Source: Lama guanicoe
Lineage: Eukaryota
Direction of reading: 5' to 3'
Assembly (NCBI GenBank): GCA_013239625.1
Contig: MU053758.1
Coordinates: 3,101,854 to 3,165,853, forward strand
Length of the DNA stretch: 64,000 nucleotides
A model generated the notes under the pieces. The model ran no database searches and was not told where the DNA came from. It worked only from the letters and a program-made list of their open reading frames with translations. A program made the translations under genes and the position numbers. Shown here in pieces: positions 24,401 through 37,137 of the stretch. Numbering within the stretch: the stretch's first letter is position 1; every line of letters begins with the position of its first letter.

Positions 24401-27400
24401 TGGGTACAGCTAGAGACGAGCTGGACAGAGGAGGGAAGTTTAATGGGCATATATCTCTAGCTACCTGGACAACTGCTTGCTCCTAGTCTGCAAAGGTCAC
24501 TGTCAGTTTTGGCTCCTGAATAAAGTTCATGGGGTCCCAGCTCTGGGGAAGCTCCCAGGCTGATAAGGCAGGTTACCAGCTTCAAGGATCTTACCTATTG
24601 TTTGCAGGAGGATGCATGCTAATACATGCACCTCCTGCATGCCAGACCCTGAATCACCTCATTTAACTTCACAACAATCCTGCAAGGGAAATACTGAGAT
24701 GCCCATTCTACAGATGAGTAAATAGAGACACAGAAAAGTCAAGGACTTTCCCAAAGGAGACTCAGAGCAGAACACGAGAAATGGAGCTTCCTCATCCATC
24801 TTCTTTCCCTTACACGATATGAGGTGGTAACCAGGAACTTAACTTCATAACCACTGAATGCCCCAAAGGCAAATAACTCTGCTGTCGTCACACCGACAAA
24901 AATGGAAGCCCCTGCAGTCCCGGCACCCACACCGTACTCACTTCTGAATCAGTCTCCATGAATGCTTCTGATTGGTGGAGAGGAGGTCACATGCCATGTC
25001 TTAGCTGCAAGGGAGGCTGCAGTTTGAGTTCTTGACTTCTACCTGGGGAGGCAGGACCATAACAAGGGAATTTCCTCCGGAAGGAAAGGCTGTTCATAAG
25101 ATGATGGATAGCTACAAATGTGATAGGCGTCCTCTCCACTGACTCACCCGCACTGTCGCACCAAAGGAAGTTATCTCAGATGCCTGAGCACATTCCTCTT
25201 TCAAATCTTGCTCCTTTCTTAGAATGTGGTTCCAAGAATTTTTATTACGTAAGTTGTTGAGATGTAGTTTACATACAGTAAAATCTACCTATTTTGGTCT
25301 ACAGTTGGAGGGATTTTTTTTTACAAATGCATACAGTTGTGTCACCATTACCACAAGCAAGGTACAGTTTACAGCAGTTTCAACTGCTGAAAACCCTAAA
25401 CTGTCTCCTTACCCTCTGTAGTCAACCCCTTCCTCCACCCCCAGCCACTGGCAACTACAGATCTGATTTCTGTCTATACTTTCTGGAGCAAAGACTTTTA
25501 CAAGCAAAGGATAAAAATAGAACTGAGACGATTCTATGTACAAATGTGATTGCACGCGTGTCAGAGTACCCCCCCACCCCGGCCCTGTCCCAGGGGTGGG
25601 GGAAGACAAAGATGATTGCAAATCGATTGAAACGGTCAAAAGGGTCATTTCCTTTCAAATGTCAGGTTTAGGGCTTGACGCAGGAAGCGGGATGCGGGAA
25701 CTCCAGCCCCCTGCGTGAATTCCCACTTGAGTGACGGGCAAACAGCACCTCGGGCCAGCGCAGCGCTGCCCACAGCTCTGGTGGAGGAAGGCCCATCCCG
25801 CCCTTCTGGCCACAAGCCTCTCTGTCGGATGAAGGACAGTCCTACAGCCCATCTGTGTCTCCCACTTCTGTGTCACGTTCCAGGCCCCAGGATCCAGAAA
25901 CCCCTGGGCTCAAGGGGTGGCTAGAGGCTGGCTGTGTATAGGGGTGGTGGTGTAGACGGAGCTTGGACGGCAGGCTAGGGGGTAGCAAGTGAAGTGGGGG
26001 TGAGCTGGAGACCCCGGGCTGGGGGCTAGTGAGAAACTCTCCAAGGTGTCTGATAATTCTAAATTTAAACAAAGCCTTTGAGGTCATTATAAGATAGATT
26101 TTATGTTGTGGAGACGTATTTTCAAAGTGGGATGGAACCTATTTTACTGACTAGCTTAGTAGCTTGATGTATAACATGAATATCTGGGCACGTGGTACGT
26201 CGGCCACTACGTACTCTGGCCCGGCCCTGGCAAATGTGGGAGGCAGGCCTTAATAAACCTATTGAGCCCCCTCAGGGATAATCACCAAAGCTCCCTTCAG
26301 GCCAGGCTCCCTGGTGGTAGCCCTGTGCCCTTCTCCCGAGGAGGTGAGAGAGGGAAACATTTGATGGATGCCAGTTATGTGCCTGAATCTGACCCGGGCC
26401 CTTTCCCTCACATGACCCGATTTGGGTCTGTCAACCAGGCTGCCCGGTGGGTATCCCATTGCCAATTTATAAACAAGGAATTGGAGGCTTAGTGACATTT
26501 AAGTGCCTGAAGTGTCAAAGCTGGGATTCTAACCCGCATCTGTGTACCCCAAACCCAACAGCCTCCCACGCTCCTTCTAGAGAGTTCCAACTTGCTTCTG
26601 CTGTCCTCTCCACCAGGATTCACAAAGGGCAAGGAGTCAGTCACTTAAATGGGGTTTCAGTGAAGCCTGTGCCGCTGCTTTGGGGGCGGGGGAAACCTTA
26701 AGTTTCCAGAACCTTTTCTGGTTGACCCTATTTTTGTTCCCAAAGGGGCGAGGCGCAGGCAGCTCGAGCAGGGAGAGTGCACTCCAGTAAAGATCTGTAT
26801 GAATTTGCTGGGGGAGCGAGAATGAGAAAGGGAGAGGGGGACGGTTTCACCCCAAAGAACCTGGGCCTTGGAATCAGTTTCGGTTTCAAGCCCAGGCCCT
26901 GGATTCTGACTGGGTCGCTTAACCATCCAGAACCTCATGTTTCAATATCGGTGAAAATAGAGCAGTGACATACGGGTGTTCTGTGAGGTCGGAATGGAGC
27001 TCCCGGGGAGGTGGCGGGTGCATGTTCTCATGTCTTTTCTCTCCCCTCCGCCCCACTGTAGACTGAATCACCCGGGCCCTTTTTGGCATTTTTGCAGACT
27101 TCTACAGCTGAGAAATCTAAAAATAAACTTGAATTATGGTGGGTTTAGCCCTCGAGATCCCTGGCAGGCACTTCTGTGTAGATAGCAGAAGTGAAAAAAA
27201 AAAAAAAGGTCATTTTATTTCTAGTATTTGAACCCCTCTGGTGTGGGCGACTCAGAGTGGAGGGGTGGGTGGTAAGGGGGAAGGTTTGGTATTTTTTACT
27301 TTGTTGTTGTGTTTTGGTTCTGTGATGATGTGGGGGACTCTCCAGGTATGTGTCACAGAGCAGCGGGGAGATGGGGGAGGGGAAGGCCGGGCAGGTGGGA

Positions 27401-27999
27401 AATTTGATTCTGGCCCTGACGTAATAGAGCAGGGAGGGGAGGGGGTGTGTCTGTCAATGGCTGGAAAGGGGGACCCCACGCTCAAAGGTCTCATGGCTGT
27501 AACGCTCTTCCTACCTCAAGCTCCGAATCACAGTTGGGCAAGTTCCTTAATTCATTTTCAGTGAGCTTCTGAAGCAAGGTCGTCTTTGGGGACTTGCCTG
27601 ATTCCTGAAATGCATGTATGAGCATCAGAGACTTGGTTTCAAGGGTGGGTGTGTTTGTGGGAAATGGACCAATGAAAAGAGTAAGCAAGAGGTTGGCTGA
27701 CTTGACCGTGGGCCCCCACAGATAAGAGTCACAAGTTCTTACTCTTGTTATTTTTAACAAAATGCTTTCCCACCACTCAGATCTAATTTTTCACTCTTCC
27801 TCCATGTTTTATAGGCTCCGCGAGATGAAGTGAATAGTCCTAAGTGGAAGGGCTTGACTTGGCCGCTTCCTTCTTTCCACAAGGCTGGCATTGACCATCC
27901 TAATAATGGTGTGCATGTTGGGCTCGGGACCCAAGGCTTGGGGAATCCAATTCTCCCAAAATTTGCCCTGTGACCTTGACTTCTGCAACTCTTTTTAAA

Positions 28000-28298
28000 T
28001 TTTTTTAAATAAAAAAATTTTTTTTCTTGTATATATATATTTTTTTATTGAAATACAGTCAGGTTACAATGTTGTGTCAATTTCCGGTGTGCAGGATAAT
28101 GCTCCAGTCATACATGAATATACATATATTTGTTTTTGTATTCCTTTTCATCATAAGTTACTACAAGGTATTGAATATAGTTCTCTGTGCTATATATACA
28201 GTATTAATTGATCTATTTTATGTATATTAGTTAGTGTCTGTAATTCTCAAACTCCCAGTTTAACCCTTCGCACCACCTTCCCTCCGACTGGTAACCAC
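28000..28298 (-). mobile_element. Lineage-specific L1 3' end
   Basis: ttattgaaatacagtc...ttacaatgttgtgtcaatttc...ttgaatatagtt...aactcccagttta...ggtaaccac. Confidence 0.8.
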
Positions 28299-29184
28299 TG
28301 TTTTTTTAAATGGACGTAATGACACTGTCTGCCAATGTCTTTCAGAAAAGGAGTAAACACCAAATAAAAACACATCATACTAGGCTTGGTATTGGCACTG
28401 ATCTAGAAGTCTCTGAAGGTAACTTCATGGAGAAGGTAACCAAGTTTGTCTCCTGTTTCCACCACAAATAACCAGAGGGAAGGGGGTTAAGTGGCAAAAG
28501 AGGCTGTGAGACAGGTCCCAGGGGGAGCTTCCTGACTGGAGGGGTTGAAAAAATGCAGGAGCATCTGGAAGGAGTGACATCTCTGCAGTCCCCTGAGCCT
28601 CCAGCACCTTTTGGTGGTGGCCAAATCACCACCTTTTACAAACACTCGCCAGTGCCTGTATTCATTCTACTTGAGCCAGCTCAAATGCATCTCCCGCCCC
28701 CAGAATTCCTGGCATCACCGGTATCACCGGCATCACCGTGAAGAATCATGGGCTTTTCTTCCCTGCTCCACAGTGTGTCTCTGGTACCTCTGTTTAGCAC
28801 CCATGTTGCTCTCCCTGACCACAGCCAAGCCCTTGAGTCCCTCCCTTCCCTGAGATCTCAGGGGGCAGGGATGGGTTCTGTTCATCTTTATCATCACCCA
28901 TACCTAAGGTTAGCACCTGGCACAGAGTCCGTGCTCATTAAAGATGTGCTGGACTTCACAACAGTGAGCTACTGCCTGTTGGTGGTGGTTTTTTTTTGTT
29001 TTAAACCTTGTTAAATTTGACAAGCAAAATTGATAATGCTTATCATGCACTTTGGGCCACGCCAATATGCGTAAAAATAGGTATTGTCATACTCTGTTGA
29101 TAGGAAATTAAACTGGTTCAACTTTTTTGGAGAACAATTTGAATTACTTAGAATTTTGTATGCCTTCTGACCTAATTATTTTCT

Positions 29185-29292
29185 TTTCTTAAAAAATATT
29201 TTAAAAATTTAAAATGGAGATACTGGAGATTGAACTCAGGACCTCATGCATGCTAAGCATGTACTCTACCACTATCTATACCCTCCCCCTCT
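29185..29292 (-). mobile_element. tRNA-derived camelid-type SINE
   Basis: gagattgaactcaggacctcatgcatgctaagcatg core; ttattttct on both flanks. Confidence 0.8.
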
Positions 29293-30019
29293 TTTATTTT
29301 CTCTCTTCTTCTTTCCCCTCCCCTCCCCTTCCTCTTTTCTTTCCTCTCCTCTCCTCCCAAAGGGTTAGTGAATGGCTTTTCGTAAATTATTGCTGTTTTT
29401 ATATTGATAGCATTTTTTTTTATAAAACACTAGCAAAAATGGGGCCAGTATGGATTTGGATAAACTGTGGTTTGTATATAGGGTAAAATACCATGTAACC
29501 ACACCAATGGATGATATGTGAATATTTGTTAACCAAATCAACAAAGTGACAAAAGCCAATTACAAAATAAGAAGCATGGATTGATTCTACTTTCGAAGAA
29601 ACCATAAAGATACATCCATGGGAAAACGTCCGGGAGGATTTACACCTAAACATTTTGACCCTTTATTGGGGTGGTGGGATTTTAAATTTCTTTTAACTTC
29701 TCTCAATTTTCTCTATTTCCTACCATGAACAAGCATTAGAACATGGAAAAACACTTTTCAAGGCCTTGAGTGGATTCTGAGTCACTCCTTGGCCCTCAAA
29801 TTCTGAAAAACCACAGGAACCAAATCAAAATGTGGGAAGTCAGGGTTGAAAGAGCTGTTCTTTGGGACAGAGACTCCCAGACTAGGCTCACACTGGAGCT
29901 TCGGTCCACACCCTGTGCCGGTAAGTCAGAATCACCGGGGTGGATCTGGGCATCCGAGTGTTACATCTCCCTAGGTAACTCTGCTGTGCAGCCAACTGTG
30001 GGAGCCACCACTGGTGAGC

Positions 30020-30170
30020 TGCACTGTCTAATCCAGCAGCCACCAGCCACACGCAGCTCTTCAAATTTTATTGAAATTAAGGAAAATGTAAAATTCAGTT
30101 CCTGAGTCACACTAGCCACATTTGAAGCTCACAAGAGCCACGTGTGATGAGTGGCTACCATCTTGGTGGC
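30020..30170. mobile_element. MER3-like hAT-Charlie MITE
   Basis: gcactgtctaat...agccac...aaattcagttcct.agtcacactagccacattt.aag...gtggctaccat.ttgg. Confidence 0.7.
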
Positions 30171-31402
30171 TCTAGATCTACTCAAATTTCAGCAGAGGAG
30201 ACTAGAGAGGTTCCTGGCAGGTAGACTCTTTCCCTGAATCTGCCTAGGGCATCAGTCATTGTGTACCTAGAAAGTTCCTTCTGCTTTCTCAGGTCTTCCC
30301 CATGCTCCTCCTTGAGCATGGGGAAGCCTCCGGCCACCTGATTGTTTTCAAGGGCTTGAAAGGCCCAGGCCCTCCTGACCTGTCGAGCCCGGTGGGGCCA
30401 GCAGGCGAGCTGTTTACATGGAATCCAAGTGCTTGGCGGAGAGCAGAGCCGGGCTGAGTGTTTGCCACTGCTGCTGAGATAGGTGAGTGAGCCCGGGGCA
30501 GAATAACAAAAAGCCACTTCAAAAACACAGCAGACGAACTCAGAAAGCAGAGACAGCCAGAGGTTTGAGACCCACACACCCCCGTGAAGAAGAGCAGGAG
30601 AGCAAAAACAAGTCAAGGGGGAGCCTCGAGACCTTCTGGTTTCGAGACGGTCGCGGTTGCTGACTTTGAGAACGGGCCTGTCCCAGCAGTTCTGAGAGGA
30701 GCCAGGAGCTGAGGCTGTGGGAGCTCAAAAACCTCACCTGAGTTCTGAGAACTGTGCGACCCGGTGGGGGGACAGTCCCTGAGTGCTCCGTGTCCCTGGG
30801 AAGACAGGGTATGTGGGAATGGCGGGGTCAGCCTGGCTGGGTGAGGGCAGGGGGATGTTTTAGCCTAGAGACTAGTTACTGGTTGGAAGCAGAAGCCCAC
30901 CTGGCCGGGGGTCCTGGGACCTGCCGCCTGGGAGATGGATGGATGGATGCATGGAGATGGCCGTGGTCCAACAGGGAATTCACAGGCATGGGCTGCCCAT
31001 GTCCAGGAAACTCCCCTTTCAGGAGTTTCCCATTTCCTAAACTCTGCCGTGGCGGGGTGAAGTGCAGTGAGGAGAGCCCTGGAGTTGGAGGACTTGGCTC
31101 AAGTCCTAAGCGCTGTCACTTACTTGCTGTGTGACCTTGGGTAGGTCGGTTTACTCTTCTGGACCTTAGTTTCTTGATCAATAAATGGAAAGTTTGCTCT
31201 GACCGATGGTGCTCAACCCAGGCTACACGTTGGAATAATTCGGTGAGCTGCACAAATAAGCCAGATTCTGCTTGTTCTGGGATTCAGCCTGAGCATCAGG
31301 AGTTTAAAAATCTCCTTAGATGATTCCAGTGGGTAGCCAGGATTGAGAAGCCCTGGTCGAGCCAGCTTCTCCAGTGTGTCACGCTTGGGAGTCACTTCGT
31401 TA

Positions 31403-31511
31403 TTTAAAAAAAGATTGTTTTTAATCGAGGTACTGGAGATTGAACTCAGGACCTTGAGCATGCTAAGCATGCCCTCTACCACTGAGCTATTATCTCCACC
31501 CCTCTACCTGT
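31403..31511 (-). mobile_element. tRNA-derived camelid-type SINE inserted in a MER5-like relic
   Basis: Same core motif. TSD gagtcac(tt/ct)(c/t)gtta at 31389-31402 and 31512-31525. Confidence 0.85.
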
Positions 31512-31705
31512 GAGTCACCTTGTTAAAATTCAGATTCAGATTCCGTGGGCCTGGCTTAGGGCCTGAGAGTCTGCATGGGCCACATGCTGTATAATAGCAA
31601 GTCTATCTTTAATGTCCGCTTCACTCTAACCAGGAAGCTGAGTTCTAAGCTCCGGCAACTCAGTCTGTTTTTGTTTGTTGTTTTGGTAGGTGGCAGTAGT
31701 TACAT

Positions 31706-31802
31706 CTTTTTTTTTTTTAAATGAAGCTACTAGGAATTGAACCCAGGACCTCATGCATGCTAAGCATGCACTCTACCACTGAGCTGTTACCCTCCCCGCA
31801 AC
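31706..31802 (-). mobile_element. tRNA-derived camelid-type SINE
   Basis: Core motif and poly-T tail. TSD agttacat at 31698-31705 and 31803-31810. Confidence 0.85.
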
Positions 31803-33204
31803 AGTTACATATTTTTGCCCATAGACATCATTCTTCTGCATTCTTTCTTTTTCCTCCTTTTCTTTTGAGAATTGTTTAAATTCTCATCATTGAATTCTGA
31901 CTAGATGCTGTGGATGTGAATTAAACAGGGATCTTCCCTTCAAGGGCAGAACATGACAGATAAAGCCAGACTGTGATGTGAGTCCAAGGTGGGGCAGAGT
32001 CCATTTTTATTGGGAGGACTGGAAAAGACTGTCCCAATTCTGAGATAGTTAAGAAGCATTGAGCCTCCACCTCTGCTGGGCACTTTGAAGAGCTTTACAC
32101 AGTTGTCTCATTTAATTCTCACAGCACCGTGGTAAGCCCTGATAATGTCCCCCAGTGCACACATGAGGAAACCGAAGTTTAAAGAGAATCAGAGACTTTT
32201 CCAAGCAAAGAGCAGTGCTGGAACTTGGACTCACATCTCTGTATTGACTAGTCCACAGAGATCACAGGCAGTGTTTGAACTGCATGCCCAACCAGGCCCA
32301 ACCGAATCTAACCAGATCCAGCCAGACCCAACCAGACCTAGCTTCTTGGCACCAAGTTGTTGTTGGTGGGGAGAGCGGTGGGATGGGATTTTCATGAGCA
32401 TAGACAACTTAAGCAACCTCTCCACTGACTTTCCATATCCCTGCAGTTAGAAAAGGGCAGATGGTAAACAGTTTTCCATTCTCAGGCCTTGAGCCCAGGC
32501 CTCAGGGCCCTTGCATGAAGCTTGACCCCTGGGGTCATACTTTTCCCCACCTGGCTGCCTGTCCCAACATCATTCTCTGCTGTCTGCATCTCTTCCTGCT
32601 TATATCATTTTCTGTTCTCCAAGGGAGCAGCCCGTGTGTCCAGCTTTGTGACTGTCTTATCTTCTTTCTTGTAGGCTTGGCCCTCATTAGGAGCCTAGAG
32701 CATTACTCCTCACCCCCAAATACTGCTTCCTGGGAGATCATCTGAGGCTACCATGATGGCTGCCGATTCTAAACCTCTCAGATTCCACTGGCTTCTTGGC
32801 CGGAATGATAGTCAACAGCCAACCCAATAGTTTTTCCAACTTGACTCAACCTATCTTGTCTTCCTGGGAACAGAGTTGTGGGACTAGGGTGGGGAGTAGA
32901 GAATGAGAAAATAGGAATGGAGGCTTCCTTGTGCCCCAACTAGATCCGGAGTTCCTGGAGACAGGGGCTTTATTTTTTCCTTTCTGTCTCCCCAGGATAA
33001 AGTATGGCGCTGAGCAGATAGATGCAGACTCCTGTTTATCAGATGAGTGAATGAAGGGGACTTGGGTGCATTTTCTGACTGCACTGGGTGAGTGACAGTA
33101 CTGATATCTTACCCTGCCTGGCCTTAGGCAGGAGTCCCCTGGCACAGGCTTCACCTTGTGAAGACCTCAGAACCCTGTGGGCACAGTTACTGGGAAATCT
33201 ATCT

Positions 33205-33248
33205 TTCCTTTCCTTTCCTTTCCTCTCCTCTCCTCTCCTCCCCTACCC

Positions 33249-33323
<75 letters not shown>

Positions 33324-33324
33324 T
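33205..33324. repeat. (TTTC)n tetranucleotide microsatellite preceded by TTTCC/TCTCC pentamers
   Basis: Uninterrupted tttc array at ~33250-33324. Confidence 0.95.
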
Positions 33325-34805
33325 ACCACATCTTCTCAGGTTCTGCCACACCTCAGGAAGGGGAGCTTTTCTTACAGAGCCCAAACCCCTTGATACACTG
33401 GGTGAGCTGTAGAATACCAAGCTGGAGAACAATCAGGAGAAACCCAGTGCGCTTTAGACAGCTCCAGGACTGTAGAATGAGGGAGCCATGGAAGGGGGAG
33501 ATCCCTCTCCTCTTTATCTTCCAGAGAAGGGAGCATCTTCTGTAATGAAAACATTTCTTAACATTGGGTTGAAAAAAAGTGAAGGGTTCAATCCATATGG
33601 AAGAATTTTCCTCTGCAGATAGTTTTTCTCCTTAAAAAGAAAGAAAATATAAAGAAAAGAAAGAAAATATAAAGAAAAGAACTCAAATGTATACCAAGAT
33701 GCTAAATGTGCTCAAGAACTTGAGACTTTGGCCAGCTGGACCCAGCCAGGGAAATGCTTCCATTTATTCAGCTTGTGTATTTAAGTAAGAAAATGTTGCC
33801 CAGCCAACTCCTAGAGAATCTCTTGTCTTGAGTCTTACAAGAAATAAGCCAATGAAGAATATGTCTCTACTTCTGAGGTGTCTGTTCTGGTGGGAGAGGG
33901 TCCAGCATAGAGGGGCAGAAGTTAGAAGAGTTTGAGCGCTGGATTCAGATGGGTGCTGCTCTTGGCGTCACATTATTGCTGTAGATCCAGGGCTTTCCTA
34001 GGAAATTGTCAATCCACTTACACCAAATCCTCTGAAAGCATCCTTCATCCAGAGGAGTGGAAATGGTGATTGGTGCAATTTCCATCACCTTCTTCAAGAA
34101 AGAGCTGCCTTTCTTAAGTTTAATTGCCAGGGATTGAGTGTTTGTGTGGGACCATGAGGTGGACCTGGGAGAATGGATTAATTAATCTTGGGTTTAAAAA
34201 ACATCTCTCCTTGAGTGGCCATCTGCTCCCATGACTTTTATCTGTATGTTGTTGACGTTCAAACCTATTTCTTTGTTTTGAGTTCTCTCTTTAACATGAA
34301 ACTCACATTTCTAAGAAGAAGGTGGGGGAGAGAGAGAGAGAGAGAAAGAAAAAGAGAGAAAGAGAGAAAGAGAATGGAAACTGGATGTAAATGATTGAAG
34401 TTAGTCTATGGAAGTCATTCTGTAATATGTATTCAGCGACCCAGTTTTCAGGTGCAGAAGTTGAGGCCATGAGACGGGCTGTGATTTGCCTAAAGTCTCA
34501 TAGAAAATTAGTGGCAGAACTCGGACTAGGGCTTTCCCCTCAAAGTCCTGGACAGAACCTTGAAACCACGGCAAAGTAATTGATTCATACCTTCTCAGGT
34601 TGTATTATTAGGCACAGTCTGCCTTCCCTAGGAGACTGAGCTCCTCAAAGGAGAAAACTCCTCTGTGTCCTCTGTGTCCCTGCACCTCCTAGCTCAATGG
34701 CTGGCACATCTTGGGGACTCCATAGTGGGGTGGGGAGTTGAACTGGGTGGTTAAATCTGCCTTGTTGGACTCTCAGTCGTAAACACCATTAAGGGAGGCA
34801 GGCCG

Positions 34806-34837
34806 GTCCCACTGTCCCACTGTCCCACTGTCCCACT
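34806..34837. repeat. (GTCCCACT)x4 tandem repeat
   Basis: Directly visible. Confidence 0.9.
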
Positions 34838-34994
34838 CTACACACTCCACTCAACTGTGTCCGAAAAGGCTTAGCTTGAAGCTCACCTCATTTAAGAAGA
34901 CATTCCAGACCAATTCAGTCTCTGAAGTTTGGAGCAATTCCTGTCTGTTCTCCACATTTAGGACCCTCAATATACTAATTCACATGGGGAGGAG

Positions 34995-35225
34995 GCAGTA
35001 TTGATTCTAAGTGTGGGCTGTGGGTATAAAACCTGATGGAAGTCCTGGCGCCACCATTTTTAGCCATGTGATCTCAGGTGCCCATTCTGAGCCTCAGTTT
35101 CCTCACCTGTAAAATAACTCCAGTAACAATTCCTCGCTCATAATCTCCTCATGAGGATCAACTGGGACGAGCCACGCAGAGCATTCATCGTGGAGCCAGG
35201 CACTCAGTATGCCCCGGCTATCGTT
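34995..35225 (+). mobile_element. MIR SINE relic
   Basis: tctgagcctcagtttcctcacctgtaaaat core. Confidence 0.7.
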
Positions 35226-35464
35226 ATTGTTGTAAGTTTCCACAACTAAGTGTTTTGATTCTCCGCTTTCTGAGCATGGTTACCTCACCTGTGAACAGGA
35301 GGAAGTAACGTTCAGTCTTGGTGGATTGTTATGACAACCAAATGAGACACCACGCATGAAAATGCTTTGTAAACTCTTAAGGTTTAGGTGTGAAGTGTGT
35401 CTGCCCCGAAGATCACACAGCTGGCAAGAGGTGGTGCCCTCCTGGAATAACCACACCCACCCCA

Positions 35465-35488
35465 ACACACACACACACACACACACAC
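35465..35488. repeat. (CA)n microsatellite
   Basis: Directly visible. Confidence 0.9.
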
Positions 35489-35844
35489 TCATGCAAGCAT
35501 TCGCACAACACCGCCATCACCAGGGAACATCTGGTGGTCTGACTCCTACTGGCATCCTTGCTGATGGGTTATGTCAATAGCCACTCATTGAGGACCTCCA
35601 AGCCTCTGGGCAAACTGCAGTGGAGCAGAAAAGGATGAATAACATGGACTTCACCATCAGGAAGCTCACAACCTAGCAGGGTGGGAAGCATGAGCAAATA
35701 TTATTCTAAAGGAGGCCAAGTGACGCAAAAGCAGCAGCAACAGAAAGATAGAAGGAGGGGAAATTTGGGGATGACAGGAGGCTTCATGGTGGGGCTGGCA
35801 TTGGAGCTGGTCTTTGATGGACGGGTTGCTCAGGTTGCACAACC

Positions 35845-36173
35845 GGTATCTATTTTCTCACAGTTCTAGGGGCTAGAAGTCTGAGACCAAGGACTTGACA
35901 GGGTTGGTTCCTTCTGAGACCTCTCTCCTTGGCTTGCAGATGGCTGCCTCCTCGCTGTCATGATCACATGCTCATCCCTGGGTCTGGGTTGTCTGTATCC
36001 TAACACTGCCTTCTTATAAAGATACTAGTCATATTGGGTAAAGTCACACTATCCACGTGGCCTAATTTGATCTTATCTCTTTAAAGGCCCTATCTCCAAA
36101 TATATCCCAAGGTACTGGAGGTAGGGACTTCGACATATTCATTGGAGGGCAAGAACACAATTAGCCTATAACA
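35845..36173 (-). mobile_element. MLT1-type MaLR LTR
   Basis: ttttctcacagttctaggggctagaagtctgagaccaagg...ttcttataaagatactagtcatattgg...acacaattagcctataaca. Confidence 0.75.
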
Positions 36174-36436
36174 AGTAGGATGTTTTCTATTTACATTTAT
36201 TCAATTCCAAAAATATCCATAAAATCTTGTAAAGCGTGGAAAAGCACAAGAAGGAAAATAAAACCACTAAGAGATGACCATATCTGTGCAATCTTTTTTT
36301 TTTTAAATAAATATACACCTTTCAAAATGGGCTTATACTTCATGGCATCTGTTGTTTTGAAACCCGCTGTTTTCACCTGACAGATGCACCATGAACTTTC
36401 CTCCTTGTTGTTAAGTATTCTTCCACAACATCACTT

Positions 36437-37137
36437 AAGAAAAAATTTTGTTTTACTGAAGTACAGTTGATTTACAATGTTGTGTTAATTTCTGGTGTAC
36501 AGCATAGAGATTCAGTGACACATATATAGATATATATTCCTTTTCATATTCTTTTATATTATAGGCTATTACAAGGTATTGAATATAGTTTCCTGTGCTT
36601 CACAGTAAGACCTTGTTGTTTATCTGTTTTTTATATAGTAATTAGTATCTGCAAATCCGAAACTCTCCATTTATCCCTCCCTACTCCTGTTTCCCTTTGG
36701 TAACCGTAAGTTTGTTTTCTATGTCTGTGAGCCTGCTTTTATTTTGTAAATAAGTTCATTCATGTCTTTTGTTTTTTAGATTCTATGTTTAAGTGATATC
36801 ATATGGTATTTTTCTTTGTCTTTCTGGCTTACTTCACTTAGTAGGACAATCTTCAGGGCCATCCATGTTGCTGCAAATGGCATTATTTTATTCTTTTTTA
36901 TGGCTGAGTAGTTTTCCATTGTGTGTGTGTATATATATATATATATCTCACAACTTCTTTATCCAATCATCTGTGGATGGACACTTAGGTTGCTTCCATG
37001 TCTCAGCTATTGTAAATAATGCTGCTGTGAACACTGGGTGTATGCGTCTTTTCTAATTAGAGTTTCCTCCAGATATATGCCCAGGAATAGGATTGCTGGA
37101 TCATATGTTAAGTCTAATTTTAGTTTTCAAAGGAACT
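36437..37137 (-). mobile_element. Lineage-specific L1 3' end, ~700 bp
   Basis: L1 3'UTR/ORF2-end sequence with a perfect 13-bp TSD cacaacatcactt at 36424-36436 and 37138-37150. Confidence 0.92.

Noticed and set aside
33088..33545. FLSF/KERK-repeat ORFs (likewise the poly-Y ORF at 45766-45954 and ER-repeat ORFs at 20128-20358)
   Set aside because: Translations of microsatellites.
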